Part shown: positions 35,009 to 45,636 of the stretch, piece by piece
Layout: every line of letters starts with the position of its first letter
How positions within the stretch are numbered: position 1 is the stretch's first letter
Origin: Panacagrimonas sp.
GTDB taxonomy: Bacteria; Pseudomonadota; Gammaproteobacteria; Nevskiales; Nevskiaceae
NCBI GenBank assembly: GCA_052387695.1
Contig: JBQTIX010000044.1
Location: 54,620 to 118,619, forward strand
DNA length: 64,000 nucleotides
Direction: 5' to 3'
Position numbers and translations under genes: made by a program
Notes under the pieces: generated by a model
What the model saw: the letters and a program-made list of their open reading frames with translations, nothing else
The model's database searches: none
Told to the model about the DNA's origin: nothing

Positions 35009-37021
35009 ATGTTCCCGGCCCACGGGATGGCTGCCATGAGCTTGGGACGAATCTTGATCGCGCTGCTGCTCGGTGCCCCTTTTGCCTCGCGCGCCGAGCC
35101 GGTCCCCGCGAAGGACTTCGCCCGCTTCGCGCAGTACGACGAGGTCGAGATTTCGCCGAACGGTGAATACCTGGCGGTTCGTGCGCCGCTGGGGCAGACC
35201 AAGACGCTCGCGGTCCTGCGCTTGAGCGACCTGAAAGTGATGACCGCAATCAATCCGGAGGACGGCGAACAGGTCGCGGGCTTTGCGTGGGTCGGACCCG
35301 ACCGGTTGATGTATTCGCAGGCCCAGTCGAATGGGTTTCTCGCCCAACCCTATCTGACCGGGGAGTTGTTCGCGATCAATGCGGACGGCAAGCAGGCGCA
35401 GTATCTGTATGGCTATCGCGGCAAGACACAGGGGCGCCTGACCACCACCCTGGCATATGGTCAGGCATCGCTGTTCAGCTCGTTTCGGGACGATCCGAAG
35501 CGCGCGCTCATATCCGTTCGCGCTTTCGACGCCAGCGAGCGCACACCGGAACGCATCGATCAGATCGACGTCTACACCGGCCAGCGCGCGGAAGTGACGC
35601 GTGCGCCGGCACCCGGTGGCGCCTCGTTCGCCGCCGACGCGCAGGGGCAGGTGCGCTATGTCTCCGTCACCGACCCGGAGTCACGCATCTTTACGCGGAG
35701 TTGGTGGCGAGCCCCGGACGAGCGCGACTGGCGCGAGGAACCGGTCTTCGCGGGAAAGCCGACCCGATCGAGCCCACTGAATTTTTCTGCCGATGGCAAG
35801 GCGATCTACCTGTCCTCGACCGAGGGCGGCGACAAGACCTGCCTGGTGCGGCGCGACTTCGACGAGGCCGCGACCCGCACCGTGCTCGCCTGCGACGACA
35901 ACGGCGATCTCGTGGAGGTGCTGTACGCGTCCGACGGCCATACGCCGCTGGCGGTCGTGTTCGCCGCTGGCAGGCCGGAAATCCGCTGGCTGGAAACGGA
36001 GCATCCCGAGCGCCGCATCCTGCAAAGGCTGTCGGCCAGTTTCGGCGGCGATTGGGCGGAGCCGGTGTCGGCGACCCGCGATGGTTCGAAACTCGTCCTG
36101 TTCGTGAGCGGTGATCGCAATCCGGGAGACTATTACCTGTACGACCGCGCCACCGACAAGGCGCAGTACCTGATCTCGCAGCGCACCTGGATCGATCCGG
36201 AGCAGATGGCCGAGCAGCGTGTCGTCTCGTTCAAGGCGCGCGATGGCCATCCGCTGTGGGCCTACCTGACACTACCGTCGCGGCGCAAGCAGGACGACAA
36301 GCTTCCGCTCATCGTCTACCCGCACGGGGGGCCCTTCTTCGCCCGCGATCACTGGGGCTGGGATTCCGACGCGCAGTTTCTCGCCAGCCGCGGCTACGCC
36401 GTGCTTCAGGTCAACTTCCGCGGCTCGGAGGGTTACGGCAACCAGCACGCCCTATCGGCAAAGCGCGGCTGGGGCACGCTGATGATCGACGACATCACAG
36501 ACGCCGCGCGGCAGGTGATCGAACAGGGCCTCGCGGACGGATCGCGCGTCTGCATCTATGGCGCCAGCTACGGCGGATACGCCGCGCTGATGAGCGCCGT
36601 GCGAGAGCCCGAGCTCTACCGCTGCGCGGTGAGCTACGTGGGGATCTTCGATATGGCGCTGTTCCAGCGCGATACCGATGTCTCGCGCTCACGCAGCGGC
36701 GCGCGCTATCTCGACGACTGGGTCGCGGGCACGCAGGAAGAAATCCTCAAGCATTCGCCGAGCACCTACATTGAGCGCCTCAAGGCGCCGCTGATGATCA
36801 TTCACGGCGAGTCCGACAGGCGCGTGCCTTTCACGCAGGCCCAGTCGCTGCGCAAGGTGCTCGACGCACGCAAGCATCCTTACGTCTGGCTGACCAAGGC
36901 CAATGAAGGCCACGGTTTCTATGACGAGGCCAACCGCACCGAGGTGTACGAAAAATTGCTGGCGTTCTTCGATCAGAACATCGGGGCAACGGCCACGGCG
37001 GTGGCGCCGCCGCCGGAGTGA
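35009..37021 (+). CDS. S9-family serine peptidase (prolyl oligopeptidase / dipeptidyl aminopeptidase type), secreted
   Basis: Signal peptide (MSLGRILIALLLGAPFASRA); C-terminal alpha/beta hydrolase with GASYGG nucleophile elbow and catalytic Asp/His region; alternative starts at 35027/35036. Confidence 0.85.
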   Translation: MFPAHGMAAMSLGRILIALLLGAPFASRAEPVPAKDFARFAQYDEVEISPNGEYLAVRAPLGQTKTLAVLRLSDLKVMTAINPEDGEQVAGFAWVGPDRLMYSQAQSNGFLAQPYLTGELFAINADGKQAQYLYGYRGKTQGRLTTTLAYGQASLFSSFRDDPKRALISVRAFDASERTPERIDQIDVYTGQRAEVTRAPAPGGASFAADAQGQVRYVSVTDPESRIFTRSWWRAPDERDWREEPVFAGKPTRSSPLNFSADGKAIYLSSTEGGDKTCLVRRDFDEAATRTVLACDDNGDLVEVLYASDGHTPLAVVFAAGRPEIRWLETEHPERRILQRLSASFGGDWAEPVSATRDGSKLVLFVSGDRNPGDYYLYDRATDKAQYLISQRTWIDPEQMAEQRVVSFKARDGHPLWAYLTLPSRRKQDDKLPLIVYPHGGPFFARDHWGWDSDAQFLASRGYAVLQVNFRGSEGYGNQHALSAKRGWGTLMIDDITDAARQVIEQGLADGSRVCIYGASYGGYAALMSAVREPELYRCAVSYVGIFDMALFQRDTDVSRSRSGARYLDDWVAGTQEEILKHSPSTYIERLKAPLMIIHGESDRRVPFTQAQSLRKVLDARKHPYVWLTKANEGHGFYDEANRTEVYEKLLAFFDQNIGATATAVAPPPE

Positions 37022-37045
37022 GGTCGCTGCGCTGCGGGTCGCCCC

Positions 37046-37528
37046 TCAGTGATGATGCCCACCGGCGCCGTGGACATGCCCGTGCTGCATTTCTTCAAAA
37101 CTGGCTTCGCGCACGTCGGTGATCTCGACCGCGAAGTTGAGGTGCTGACCGGCGAGCGCATGGTTGCCGTCCACGGTGACCATGTCGCCGATCACGCGGG
37201 TGATGGTCACGCTGGTCGGGCCGTTCGGGCCCTGGGCCTGGAAGCGCATGCCGACCGAGACGTCCTTCACGCCCTGGAACGCGCGCTTGGGAACCTGCTG
37301 GATCAGCTTGTCGTTGTGCTCGCCGTACGCGTCCGCGGGCGCGATGCGCACCTTGAGCTTGTCGCCCGCAGCCTTGCCGACCAGCGCGGTTTCCAGTCCG
37401 GTGATGATGTTGCCGTGGCCGTGCAGATAGACCAGGGGCTCACCGTTCTTCGAGGCATCGAGAATCTCGCCCTTGTCGTTGGTGAGGGTGTAGAGAATGC
37501 TGACGACGGTGCGTTCGGCGACTTGCAT
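37046..37528 (-). CDS. slyD: FKBP-type peptidyl-prolyl isomerase SlyD with His-rich C-terminal tail
   Basis: MQVAERTVVSILYTLTNDKGEILD…HGHGNIITGLE… and C-terminal HGHVHGAGGHHH metal-binding tail; 160 aa. Confidence 0.85.
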   Translation of the reverse strand: MQVAERTVVSILYTLTNDKGEILDASKNGEPLVYLHGHGNIITGLETALVGKAAGDKLKVRIAPADAYGEHNDKLIQQVPKRAFQGVKDVSVGMRFQAQGPNGPTSVTITRVIGDMVTVDGNHALAGQHLNFAVEITDVREASFEEMQHGHVHGAGGHHH

Positions 37529-37715
37529 GGCGGGATTCCGTTGGGCGAAGGGGCGCAAAAAAGGGCGCAAAGCGTAGCGCAATCGATCACGCTACGGTGA
37601 CCCTCTTTTGAAGGATGCCGACTTGAACGCAACAGGGAATCGCCAGGTCTCAGGCGTCGCCGTCGGGCAGGATGCCGGGCGACGATGAAAGCGTTGGAAC
37701 CGAGGCCACCTCTCC

Positions 37716-38945
37716 ATGTCGTCTGATGCACCTGACATGCGTTTGCCGCGCGCGCGACCCCTGCGTTCCATCCCCATCGTCCTGTGCCTTGCGCTGCTGA
37801 TGCTCGTGTCCGCCTGCAAGGACAGGACCGATGAGGACAAGGGAGGTGAGGAGGTCGCCATTCCGGTCGAGGTCGCGGTGGTCGCAACCGGTCCGATCGA
37901 GGCCGCCTACCGCGGTACCGCGACCCTCGAAGCCGAGGCCGAGGCGGTCGTCGTGGCCAAGCAGGCGGGCGTGATCGAACAGATTCTCGTGGAGGAAGGC
38001 GCGCGCGTGCGCGCCGGCCAGGTGCTGGCTCGGCTGGAGACCGACCGCCTGCGGCTGGAGCTGGCGCGGACGCAGGCCACGGCCGACAAGCTCAACCAGG
38101 ACTTCACCCGTGCCGAGTCCGTCTATCAGCGCAAGCTGATTTCGCGCGAAGCCTGGGAGGGCATCAAGTTCCAGCTCGACGGTGCGCGCGCCGCCAGCGA
38201 CCTGGCGGCGCTGGCCCTGCGCGAGGCCGAGATCCGCTCGCCGATCGAGGGCGTAGTGACGCTACGCCTCATCAAGGCCGGCAACATGATCCAGCCCGGT
38301 GCGTCCGCGTTCCGCGTGACCCGGCTCGACCGGCTGGATGCGCAGGTTTTCGTGCCCGAGCGCGACATCCACAAGCTCGCAGCCGGGCAACCGGCGACGC
38401 TCGGTGTCGATGCCTGGCCGGATCGGACTTTTGCGGGCGCGATCGAGCGCATCAACCCGGTGGTCGATGCGCAGACCGGCACGGTCAAGGTGACGGTGCG
38501 CATGGCCTCCGACCAGCCGCAACTGAAGCCCGGCATGTTCGGCAGGATCGAGGTGCTGTACGACCGGCGCGAGAACGCGGTGCTGGTGCCGCGCGACGCC
38601 GTGATCATCGAGGACGCGAGCACCTCGGTGTTCGTGGTGGCCGACGGCAAGGCGCGACGTCGTGCGGTGCGGCTGGGGTATGGCAATGCGCAGCACGCGG
38701 AAGTGCTGGAAGGGCTGAAGACCGGTGAACAGGTTGTCGTCACCGGCCAGAGCAGCCTCAAGGACGAGGCCCGGGTGGAGGTGGTGAACACGCCCGTTCG
38801 CGAGGCGGCCAAGGAACCTCAGCGTAGGTCGGGTCAAGCCCGCGTGCTTTTCGCGGGCGGACCCGACGGGCGAGGGCCGGAAAACGCGCGGGGCTTCTTG
38901 TTGAGGGCGAACGTCGGTTCCGCCCGCTTGAAGCCGCGGGCTTGA
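37716..38945 (+). CDS. RND efflux periplasmic adaptor (membrane fusion protein, MdtA/AcrA family); C-terminal ~45 aa appear to be encoded by REP-like palindromes
   Basis: Lipoprotein-like N-terminus (LMLVSACKD), coiled-coil hairpin and beta-barrel motifs typical of MFPs. The tail after …VVNTPVRE runs through repeats 38828-38951. Confidence 0.85.
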   Translation: MSSDAPDMRLPRARPLRSIPIVLCLALLMLVSACKDRTDEDKGGEEVAIPVEVAVVATGPIEAAYRGTATLEAEAEAVVVAKQAGVIEQILVEEGARVRAGQVLARLETDRLRLELARTQATADKLNQDFTRAESVYQRKLISREAWEGIKFQLDGARAASDLAALALREAEIRSPIEGVVTLRLIKAGNMIQPGASAFRVTRLDRLDAQVFVPERDIHKLAAGQPATLGVDAWPDRTFAGAIERINPVVDAQTGTVKVTVRMASDQPQLKPGMFGRIEVLYDRRENAVLVPRDAVIIEDASTSVFVVADGKARRRAVRLGYGNAQHAEVLEGLKTGEQVVVTGQSSLKDEARVEVVNTPVREAAKEPQRRSGQARVLFAGGPDGRGPENARGFLLRANVGSARLKPRA

Positions 38946-38975
38946 ACCGACCTACAACCGACCTGCAACCGACCT
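38828..38975. repeat. Two REP-like palindromic units in opposite orientation (GTCGG(G/T)TCAAGCCCGCG…CGCGGGCGGA(C/A)CCGAC), followed by three ACCGACCT direct repeats
   Basis: Read directly; a third unit of the same family is at 47080-47118. Each lies at a gene 3' end. Confidence 0.5.
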
Positions 38976-38979
38976 GCCC

Positions 38980-41900
38980 ATGAACTGGGTCGAACTCTGC
39001 ACGCGGCGCCCCGTCGCGATCAGCATGCTGACCCTGGCGGTGCTGCTGTTCGGCTTCGTCGCGCAGTCACGGCTGGAAGTGACCCTGCTGCCGGACCTGA
39101 GCTATCCCACGCTCACCGTGCGTACCGAGTTGCCCGGCGCGGCGCCGGAGGAAATCGAAACCCTGCTGGCCAAGCCCATCGAGGAAGCGGTGGGCGTGAT
39201 CAGAAACGTGCGCAGAGTCAGCTCGGTGTCGCAGGCCGAGCGCGCGGACGTGCGACTGGAGTTCAACTGGGGCACGAAGATGGACTTCGCCGTGCTCGAC
39301 GTGCGTGAGAAGCTTGACGCGCTCGAACTGCCGCGCGAGTCACGCCGCCCGGTGGTGCTGCGCTTCGATCCGGGCGAGGACCCGATCCTGCGTTACGGCC
39401 TGGCGCTGAAATCCGCTTCGTCCAAGGCCGACGAGGCCGCGCTCAAGCGTCTGCGCCGCCTCGCCGAGGATGAAATCCAGAAGCCGCTCGAAGGCGTTGA
39501 TGGCGTCGCCGCGGTGAAAATTTCGGGCGGGCTCGAAGACGAGGTCCAGGTGCGGGTGGACCTGTCGCGGCTGTCGCAGTTCGGACTCACGCTGGAGCGC
39601 GTGGCCGAACGCCTGAGCGCCGAGAATGCCAACGTCTCGGGCGGCCGCGTCGAGCAGGGCGCGGCGAGTTACCTGGTGCGAACGCTCAACCAGTTTCGCT
39701 CGCTCGACGAAATGCGCGACACCATCCTGCTGACGCGTGATCGTGCAACGACGGACGCGGATGGCAGCGGCCGGCCGGTGTACCTGCGCGACGTCGCCGA
39801 GGTGCGCTCCGGCTTCAAGGAGCGCGAGGCCATCATCCGGATCGATGGCGAGGAGGCAGTCGAGATTGCGCTGTACAAGGAAGGCGACGGCAACACGGTG
39901 TCGGTTGCGCAGCGTGCGCACGAGCGTATCGAGGAACTGCGCAAGCGCCTGCCACCGGAACTCGAATTCAAGACGCTGTACGACCAGTCGCGTTTCATTG
40001 GCGAGGCGATCGCCGAAGTGAAGACGGCGGCGCTGGAAGGCGCGCTGCTGTCGGTCCTGGTGCTGTACCTGTTCCTGCGCAACGCCTGGACCACGGGCAT
40101 TGTCGCCATCGCGATCCCGGTGTCGGTGATCGCGACGTTCAACCTGATGTATGGCTGGGGCCTGTCGCTCAACATCATGTCGCTCGGCGGCATCGCGCTG
40201 GCCATCGGCATGCTGGTCGACGATGCCATCGTCGTGCTCGAAAACATCCACACGCGACACGAACAGGGCATGCCGCTGCGCGAGGCCGCGGTACGCGGCA
40301 CCCGCGAGGTCGCCGGCGCGGTCACGGCGTCCACGCTGACCACGGTAGCGGTGTTCTTCCCCATGGTGTTCGTGGAAGGCATCGCCGGCCAGTTGTTTGC
40401 GGACCAGGCGCTGGTCGTGACCGGGACGCTGATGTTCTCCCTGCTCGTCTCGTTGACCCTGATTCCCATGCTGTCCACGCGCGCGGACCGGTCAACGCCG
40501 GTGCGACCCGCGACGCCCGTCCTGGATGAAGGACCGGGGTGGCGCAAGCGAGTGTCGTGCGGTCGCGTCGCGCTGCTGGAGGCCGGACCCTCGATTCTGC
40601 TCTGGCCCTTCGTTCAGATTTTCCGACTCGTCGCTGGCCTGCTCGGCGCCGTTTTCTCGCCGCTCGCAAAGCTCTGGTTGCGGGGCTACGCGGCCTTTGA
40701 ATCGACCTACCTGCGCATGCTGGACCGCGCACTCGATCATCGCGTCGCCGTCCTGCTCATCGCGACCGGCCTGTTCGCGTCATCGATCGCGATGCTGCCG
40801 CTGATCGGCGTGGAACTACTGCCGCCGTTCAACCAGGGCGAGTTCCGCGCCGAGGTGCGACTGCCACCCGGCACGCCGCTGGAGCGCACCGACGGCGTGC
40901 TGCGCGAGCTGTCGCGCGGGCTCGGCACCGAGGCGGTCGCCAGGCAGAACCTTCAGGCCAATTACACGGTCGCCGGCAACGGCAACCGTCTCGATGCCGA
41001 TACGGAGACCGGCGGCGAGAACGTGGGCAATCTCAACCTGGTTTTGCGGCCGGAGGCTTTCGAATCCGAAGCCGCGGTGATGAAGGCCGTGTCTGCGCGC
41101 ATCGAGGCCATTCCTGGCGCCGAGCATCGCTACGTGCGGCCGACCCTGTTCACCCTGGAGACGCCGCTGGAGATCGAGTTCTCCGGCTATGACCTCGATG
41201 CGCTGTCACGCGTGTCCGAGCGGCTACGCGCGCAGCTGGCGGCCAATCCACGCTACACCGAGGTGCGCACCACGCTCGCGGCCGGGCACCCGGAAATCCA
41301 GGTGCAGTTCGACCAGGAACGCGCCGCGCGCCTCGGCCTCGATACCGCGGTGCTGGCCGATCGCGTGTCGCGCACGGTGCAGGGCAGCGTCGCGACACGC
41401 TACCGGATTGGCGATCGCGAGATCGACGTGCTGGTGCGCGGCGACGAGTCCGCGCGGGCCGGGCTCGATGCCGTCGCCAACCTGATCGTGAATCCGGAAG
41501 CGAGCGAGCCGCTGCGCCTGTCCTCGGTGGCCAGGGTCACGCTCCGGACCGGGCCCAGCGAAATCCGGCGCATCGATCAGACGCGATACGTGACGCTGTC
41601 CGCCAGCCTCGTGAAAGGCGATCTGGGCGAGGCGCAGGTCGAACTGCGGCGCATGATCGCGGCCCTGCAACTACCGCTGGGTGTGAGCGTCACGCTCGCC
41701 GGCCAGAGCGAGGAGATGAAGCGCTCGTTCCAGTCCCTGCAATTCGCGCTCGCGCTCGCGGTGTTCCTGGTGTACCTGGTGATGGCCTCGCAGTTCGAGT
41801 CCCTGGTCCATCCCTTCGTCATTCTGTTCACCATTCCGCTGGCCGCGATCGGCGCGATCCTCTCGCTGTTCCTGACCGGCTCGGTGATCAACGTCGTTGC

Positions 41901-42231
41901 GCTGATCGGGATGATCGTGCTCGCGGGCATCGTGGTGAAGAACGGCATCGTGCTGATCGATCTGGTCAACCGCCTGCGCTCGGAAGGCCACCCTGTGCGC
42001 GAGGCGCTGATGCAGGCCGGACGCTCGCGGTTGCGGCCGATCCTGATGACCACGCTGACGACCCTGCTCGGGCTTCTGCCGATGGCGATTGCCGGCAGCG
42101 AGGGCGCGGAAGTCCGACGGCCGCTGGCGATCACGGTGATCGGCGGGCTGTCGGTTTCGACCCTGCTGACCCTGATCGTGATTCCGGCGGTGTATTCGCT
42201 GGTGAGTCGCGATGCGGAGCGGCGCACATGA
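38980..42231 (+). CDS. RND efflux permease (HAE1 family), first of two tandem permeases (MdtB-like)
   Basis: 1083 aa, 12-TM RND architecture, N-terminal MNWVELCTRRPVAISMLTLAVLLFG. Confidence 0.9.
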   Translation: MNWVELCTRRPVAISMLTLAVLLFGFVAQSRLEVTLLPDLSYPTLTVRTELPGAAPEEIETLLAKPIEEAVGVIRNVRRVSSVSQAERADVRLEFNWGTKMDFAVLDVREKLDALELPRESRRPVVLRFDPGEDPILRYGLALKSASSKADEAALKRLRRLAEDEIQKPLEGVDGVAAVKISGGLEDEVQVRVDLSRLSQFGLTLERVAERLSAENANVSGGRVEQGAASYLVRTLNQFRSLDEMRDTILLTRDRATTDADGSGRPVYLRDVAEVRSGFKEREAIIRIDGEEAVEIALYKEGDGNTVSVAQRAHERIEELRKRLPPELEFKTLYDQSRFIGEAIAEVKTAALEGALLSVLVLYLFLRNAWTTGIVAIAIPVSVIATFNLMYGWGLSLNIMSLGGIALAIGMLVDDAIVVLENIHTRHEQGMPLREAAVRGTREVAGAVTASTLTTVAVFFPMVFVEGIAGQLFADQALVVTGTLMFSLLVSLTLIPMLSTRADRSTPVRPATPVLDEGPGWRKRVSCGRVALLEAGPSILLWPFVQIFRLVAGLLGAVFSPLAKLWLRGYAAFESTYLRMLDRALDHRVAVLLIATGLFASSIAMLPLIGVELLPPFNQGEFRAEVRLPPGTPLERTDGVLRELSRGLGTEAVARQNLQANYTVAGNGNRLDADTETGGENVGNLNLVLRPEAFESEAAVMKAVSARIEAIPGAEHRYVRPTLFTLETPLEIEFSGYDLDALSRVSERLRAQLAANPRYTEVRTTLAAGHPEIQVQFDQERAARLGLDTAVLADRVSRTVQGSVATRYRIGDREIDVLVRGDESARAGLDAVANLIVNPEASEPLRLSSVARVTLRTGPSEIRRIDQTRYVTLSASLVKGDLGEAQVELRRMIAALQLPLGVSVTLAGQSEEMKRSFQSLQFALALAVFLVYLVMASQFESLVHPFVILFTIPLAAIGAILSLFLTGSVINVVALIGMIVLAGIVVKNGIVLIDLVNRLRSEGHPVREALMQAGRSRLRPILMTTLTTLLGLLPMAIAGSEGAEVRRPLAITVIGGLSVSTLLTLIVIPAVYSLVSRDAERRT

Positions 42232-45200
42232 ATCTCACCGCGCTGTCCCTGCGCCGGCCGGTGACGACGATCATGTTCTTCGTCTGCGTGACCGTGATCG
42301 GCATCATCGGCGCGGACCGGTTGCGACTGGAATTTTTGCCGGACATCGAGTTTCCGGCGGTGCTGGTGCTGATCCCGTATCGCAATTCGACGCCGGAGGA
42401 CGTGGAGCGCCGCATCACGCGTCCGGTGGAGGAGGCGCTGGCGACGCTGTCGGGGATCGAACGCATGCGTTCCGAAACCAATGGCGAGGGCGTGAACCTG
42501 TTCGTGCAGTTCGACTGGGGCGAGGACATCGCGATCAAGGGGGTCGAGGCGCGCGACCGCATCGACGCGATCCGCGAGGACTTGCCGCGGGACCTCGATC
42601 GCATCCAGATCCAGAAATTCGACGCGGGCAGCCTGCCGGTTCTCACCCTTCGCGTGTCGGGTGCGCGCGATCTGTCCGATTCATGGGACATGCTGGATCG
42701 CAACCTCAAGCGTCGCATCGAGCGCTTGCCGGGCGTGTCGAGAGTGGAGTTGTACGGCGTCGAGCCCAAGCAGGTGCGCATCGAGCTGCACGCCGACCGC
42801 GTTGCCGCGCATGCCGTGGATCTCAAGCGCCTGGGCGAGTTGATGCAGCGCGCCAATTTCGCACTCACGGCCGGTTCGTTCGTCGAGGCCGGGCGGCGCT
42901 ACTTCGTGAAACCCGAGGGGCGCTTCGACTCGGTCGAGGCGATCCAGGCGATGGTCATCGATGCGCAGGGGCTGCGACTCGGGGACGTTGCGGACATCAT
43001 CTACACCGAGCCGGCGCGCACCTTCGGCCGTCATCTCGATGGACGCTATGCGGTGGGCGTCAACGTATTCAAGGAAACCGGCGCCAATCTTGTGGAGGTC
43101 GCGGATCGCGCGCTCGTCGAGATTGAGTCGGTGCGCAAATTGCCGGAAATGCAGGGCGTGACCTTGTATGTGATGGCCAACATCGGCGCCGACGTGCGCA
43201 AGTCGCTGCGCGATCTGGTCGAGGCCGGGCTGATCGGTGCCCTGCTATCGGTGCTGGTGCTGTACCTGTTTCTGCGCGATGCGCTGATGACGATGATCGT
43301 CACGCTGTCGGTGCCGCTGTCCCTGTGCATGACCCTGGGCGCGATGTTTTTCATGGGCTACTCGCTCAACATCCTCACCCTGATGGGCCTGATGCTGTCG
43401 GTGGGCATGCTGGTGGACAACTCGGTGGTGGTGACCGAGTCGATCTTCAAGACGCGTTCGGAAATCACCGACCCCGGGGCGGCGACGCAACTCGGGGTGA
43501 ACCGTGTGGGACTCGCGGTGACGCTGGGCACGCTGACCACCGGGATTGTTTTCCTGCCGAATGTTTTTGGCGAGCAGAACGACATCACCACCTACCTCTC
43601 GCACGTCGCGGTGACGATCTGCGTCTCGCTCTCCGCGTCCTTGCTGGTGGCGGTGACCCTGATCCCGCAGTTGACGACGCGTTTCGCGCGCGGCTCGGGG
43701 CAGGGTGCGGCCTGGGTGCAGACGCTTTCGCGACACTACGCCGGCTGGCTGAGCTGGACGCTGAAGCATCCGGGCATCACGACGCTGTCCATCGTCCTGA
43801 TTCTCGCCAGCGTCGCCCTTCCGGCCTGGCTGGTGAAGATGGAGCTGTTCCCGCGCGACCAGGGCACGCGCCTGGTGCTGCAATACAACGTCAACAACGT
43901 CTACCGGCTCGACAAGATCGAGGACGCGGTCACGACCATCGAGCAGTACCTGCTGAGTCAGCGCGACGCCTTCGAGATCGAATCGGTGTACTCCTACTTC
44001 GATCTCGGGCGCGCCGAATCCACCATCCTGCTGCGCGATCCGGAACAGCGGACGCGCACGACCGCGGATATCGAGGACGCCATTCGCAAGGGGCTGCCGA
44101 AGATTGCGATCGGCGAGCCGGGCTTCGACACCCAGCGCGCCGGATCGGGCGAGACGCTGTCGGTGCAGATTTTCGGCGAGTCCTCGGAAAACATCCGCAA
44201 GGTCGCGCGCGAGGCCGAGCGCGTCCTGCGCACGGCGCCGGGCCTGACCGACGTGCGGCTCAAGACCGAGGCCAATGACGTCGAGGTGCGCGTGCGGGTC
44301 GATCGCGACAAGGCGCGGCTGTACGAGCTGTCGAGCCAGCAGGTGGCCGAACTGGTGGCCGGTGCGATGCGCGGCGTGGAACTGCGGCCGTATCGCACCG
44401 ATACCGGCGAGGTCGATCTGGTGCTGATGTTCCGGCTGGCCGACCGGCTCGATCTCGACGCGCTCAGGCAACTGCCCATCGTCACGCCGCGCGGCGAGCG
44501 CGTGGCCCTGACCGCGCTCGCGGAATTGTCGCTGGGCGAAGTGCCCGGGCGGGTGGAGCGTGAGGATCGGCAGGTGTCACTGACCATCGACTTCGGCACG
44601 GCGGGCAAACTGACTTCGTCCGAGTCGCGCCAGCAGATCGAACGCACGCTCGGCGCCATGCAGTTTCCGCCGGGCTATGGCTGGGGTTTCGGCCGCGCCT
44701 TCGACGACGAGCAGGAAAACATGCAGGTGATGTTGCAGAACATGATTCTCGCGGTGGCCTGCATTTATCTGGTGATGGCGGCGCTGTTCGAGTCCGTGCT
44801 GGCGCCGACGGCCATCATCAGCGGCATCCTGTTTTCCTTCGTCGGCGTGTACTGGTTCTTTCTCGCCACCGGCACCGATTTCTCGTTCATGGCGATGATC
44901 GGCATGCTGGTGCTCATGGGCGTGGTGGTGAACAACGGCATCGTGCTGGTGGATCATGTCAACCAGCTGCGCGCCCGCGGCATGCCGCGCGAGCAGGCGC
45001 TGATCGAGGGCTCGCGCGATCGGCTGCGGCCCATCCTGATGACCGCTGCGACCACCATCCTGGGTATGGTCCCGTTGGCGATCGAATCGGTCAGCGTGGG
45101 GGGAAACGGCGCACCGCCTTACCATCCGATGGCGCGGGCGGTGATTGGCGGGCTGCTGTTTTCCACGGGGGTGTCGCTGATCGTGCTGCCGACGATTTAT

Positions 45201-45326
45201 CTTGCGCTCGAAGACCTTGGCGAGTGGAGTCGCCGGGTGCTGCATCGGGCGCAATCCTGGCGGGGCTTGTGGCCCGCCCCTTCACGTAACGACTCACGTA
45301 ACGGAGAGACTGACGATGGCCGATGA
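42228..45326 (+). CDS. RND efflux permease (HAE1 family), second tandem permease (MdtC-like)
   Basis: 1032 aa; 4-nt overlap with the upstream permease. Tandem-permease arrangement as in MdtABC heteromultimeric pumps. Confidence 0.9.
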   Translation: MNLTALSLRRPVTTIMFFVCVTVIGIIGADRLRLEFLPDIEFPAVLVLIPYRNSTPEDVERRITRPVEEALATLSGIERMRSETNGEGVNLFVQFDWGEDIAIKGVEARDRIDAIREDLPRDLDRIQIQKFDAGSLPVLTLRVSGARDLSDSWDMLDRNLKRRIERLPGVSRVELYGVEPKQVRIELHADRVAAHAVDLKRLGELMQRANFALTAGSFVEAGRRYFVKPEGRFDSVEAIQAMVIDAQGLRLGDVADIIYTEPARTFGRHLDGRYAVGVNVFKETGANLVEVADRALVEIESVRKLPEMQGVTLYVMANIGADVRKSLRDLVEAGLIGALLSVLVLYLFLRDALMTMIVTLSVPLSLCMTLGAMFFMGYSLNILTLMGLMLSVGMLVDNSVVVTESIFKTRSEITDPGAATQLGVNRVGLAVTLGTLTTGIVFLPNVFGEQNDITTYLSHVAVTICVSLSASLLVAVTLIPQLTTRFARGSGQGAAWVQTLSRHYAGWLSWTLKHPGITTLSIVLILASVALPAWLVKMELFPRDQGTRLVLQYNVNNVYRLDKIEDAVTTIEQYLLSQRDAFEIESVYSYFDLGRAESTILLRDPEQRTRTTADIEDAIRKGLPKIAIGEPGFDTQRAGSGETLSVQIFGESSENIRKVAREAERVLRTAPGLTDVRLKTEANDVEVRVRVDRDKARLYELSSQQVAELVAGAMRGVELRPYRTDTGEVDLVLMFRLADRLDLDALRQLPIVTPRGERVALTALAELSLGEVPGRVEREDRQVSLTIDFGTAGKLTSSESRQQIERTLGAMQFPPGYGWGFGRAFDDEQENMQVMLQNMILAVACIYLVMAALFESVLAPTAIISGILFSFVGVYWFFLATGTDFSFMAMIGMLVLMGVVVNNGIVLVDHVNQLRARGMPREQALIEGSRDRLRPILMTAATTILGMVPLAIESVSVGGNGAPPYHPMARAVIGGLLFSTGVSLIVLPTIYLALEDLGEWSRRVLHRAQSWRGLWPAPSRNDSRNGETDDGR

Positions 45327-45636
45327 GAACAAGGGCAGCGTGCTGGGCGGCACGTTCTGGATGGTGTTGATTTCAACGTTGCTGTTCTGGCTGCCAGGTG
45401 TCGGCGGCTTCATCGGCGGATTGGTGGGCGGCAAGGTCGCTGGAGGAGTCGGCGGCGCGTTGCTGGCCTGGCTGCTGTCTTCGATCCTTGCCGGCGTGCT
45501 GCTCGGCGTGCTCGGCACCATGCTGACCGGCTTCATCCTGATTGGCGCAGTCGCGGGCCTCGGTGGGCTGATGCTGGGGTTCATCGATGCGGGTGCACGG
45601 CTGCTGGGCGCGATCATCGGCGGCTTTCTCGCTTGA
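45316..45636 (+). CDS. Small Gly-rich hydrophobic membrane protein (106 aa, glycine-zipper-like TM helices)
   Basis: MADENKGSVLGGTFWMVLISTLLFWLPGVGGFIGGLVGGKVAGGVGGALLAWLL…; 11-nt overlap with the end of the second RND permease. Confidence 0.5.
   Translation: MADENKGSVLGGTFWMVLISTLLFWLPGVGGFIGGLVGGKVAGGVGGALLAWLLSSILAGVLLGVLGTMLTGFILIGAVAGLGGLMLGFIDAGARLLGAIIGGFLA

Noticed and set aside
39340-45254. Numerous ORFs within or antisense to the two RND permease genes
   Set aside because: Shadows of long, motif-rich membrane-protein genes.
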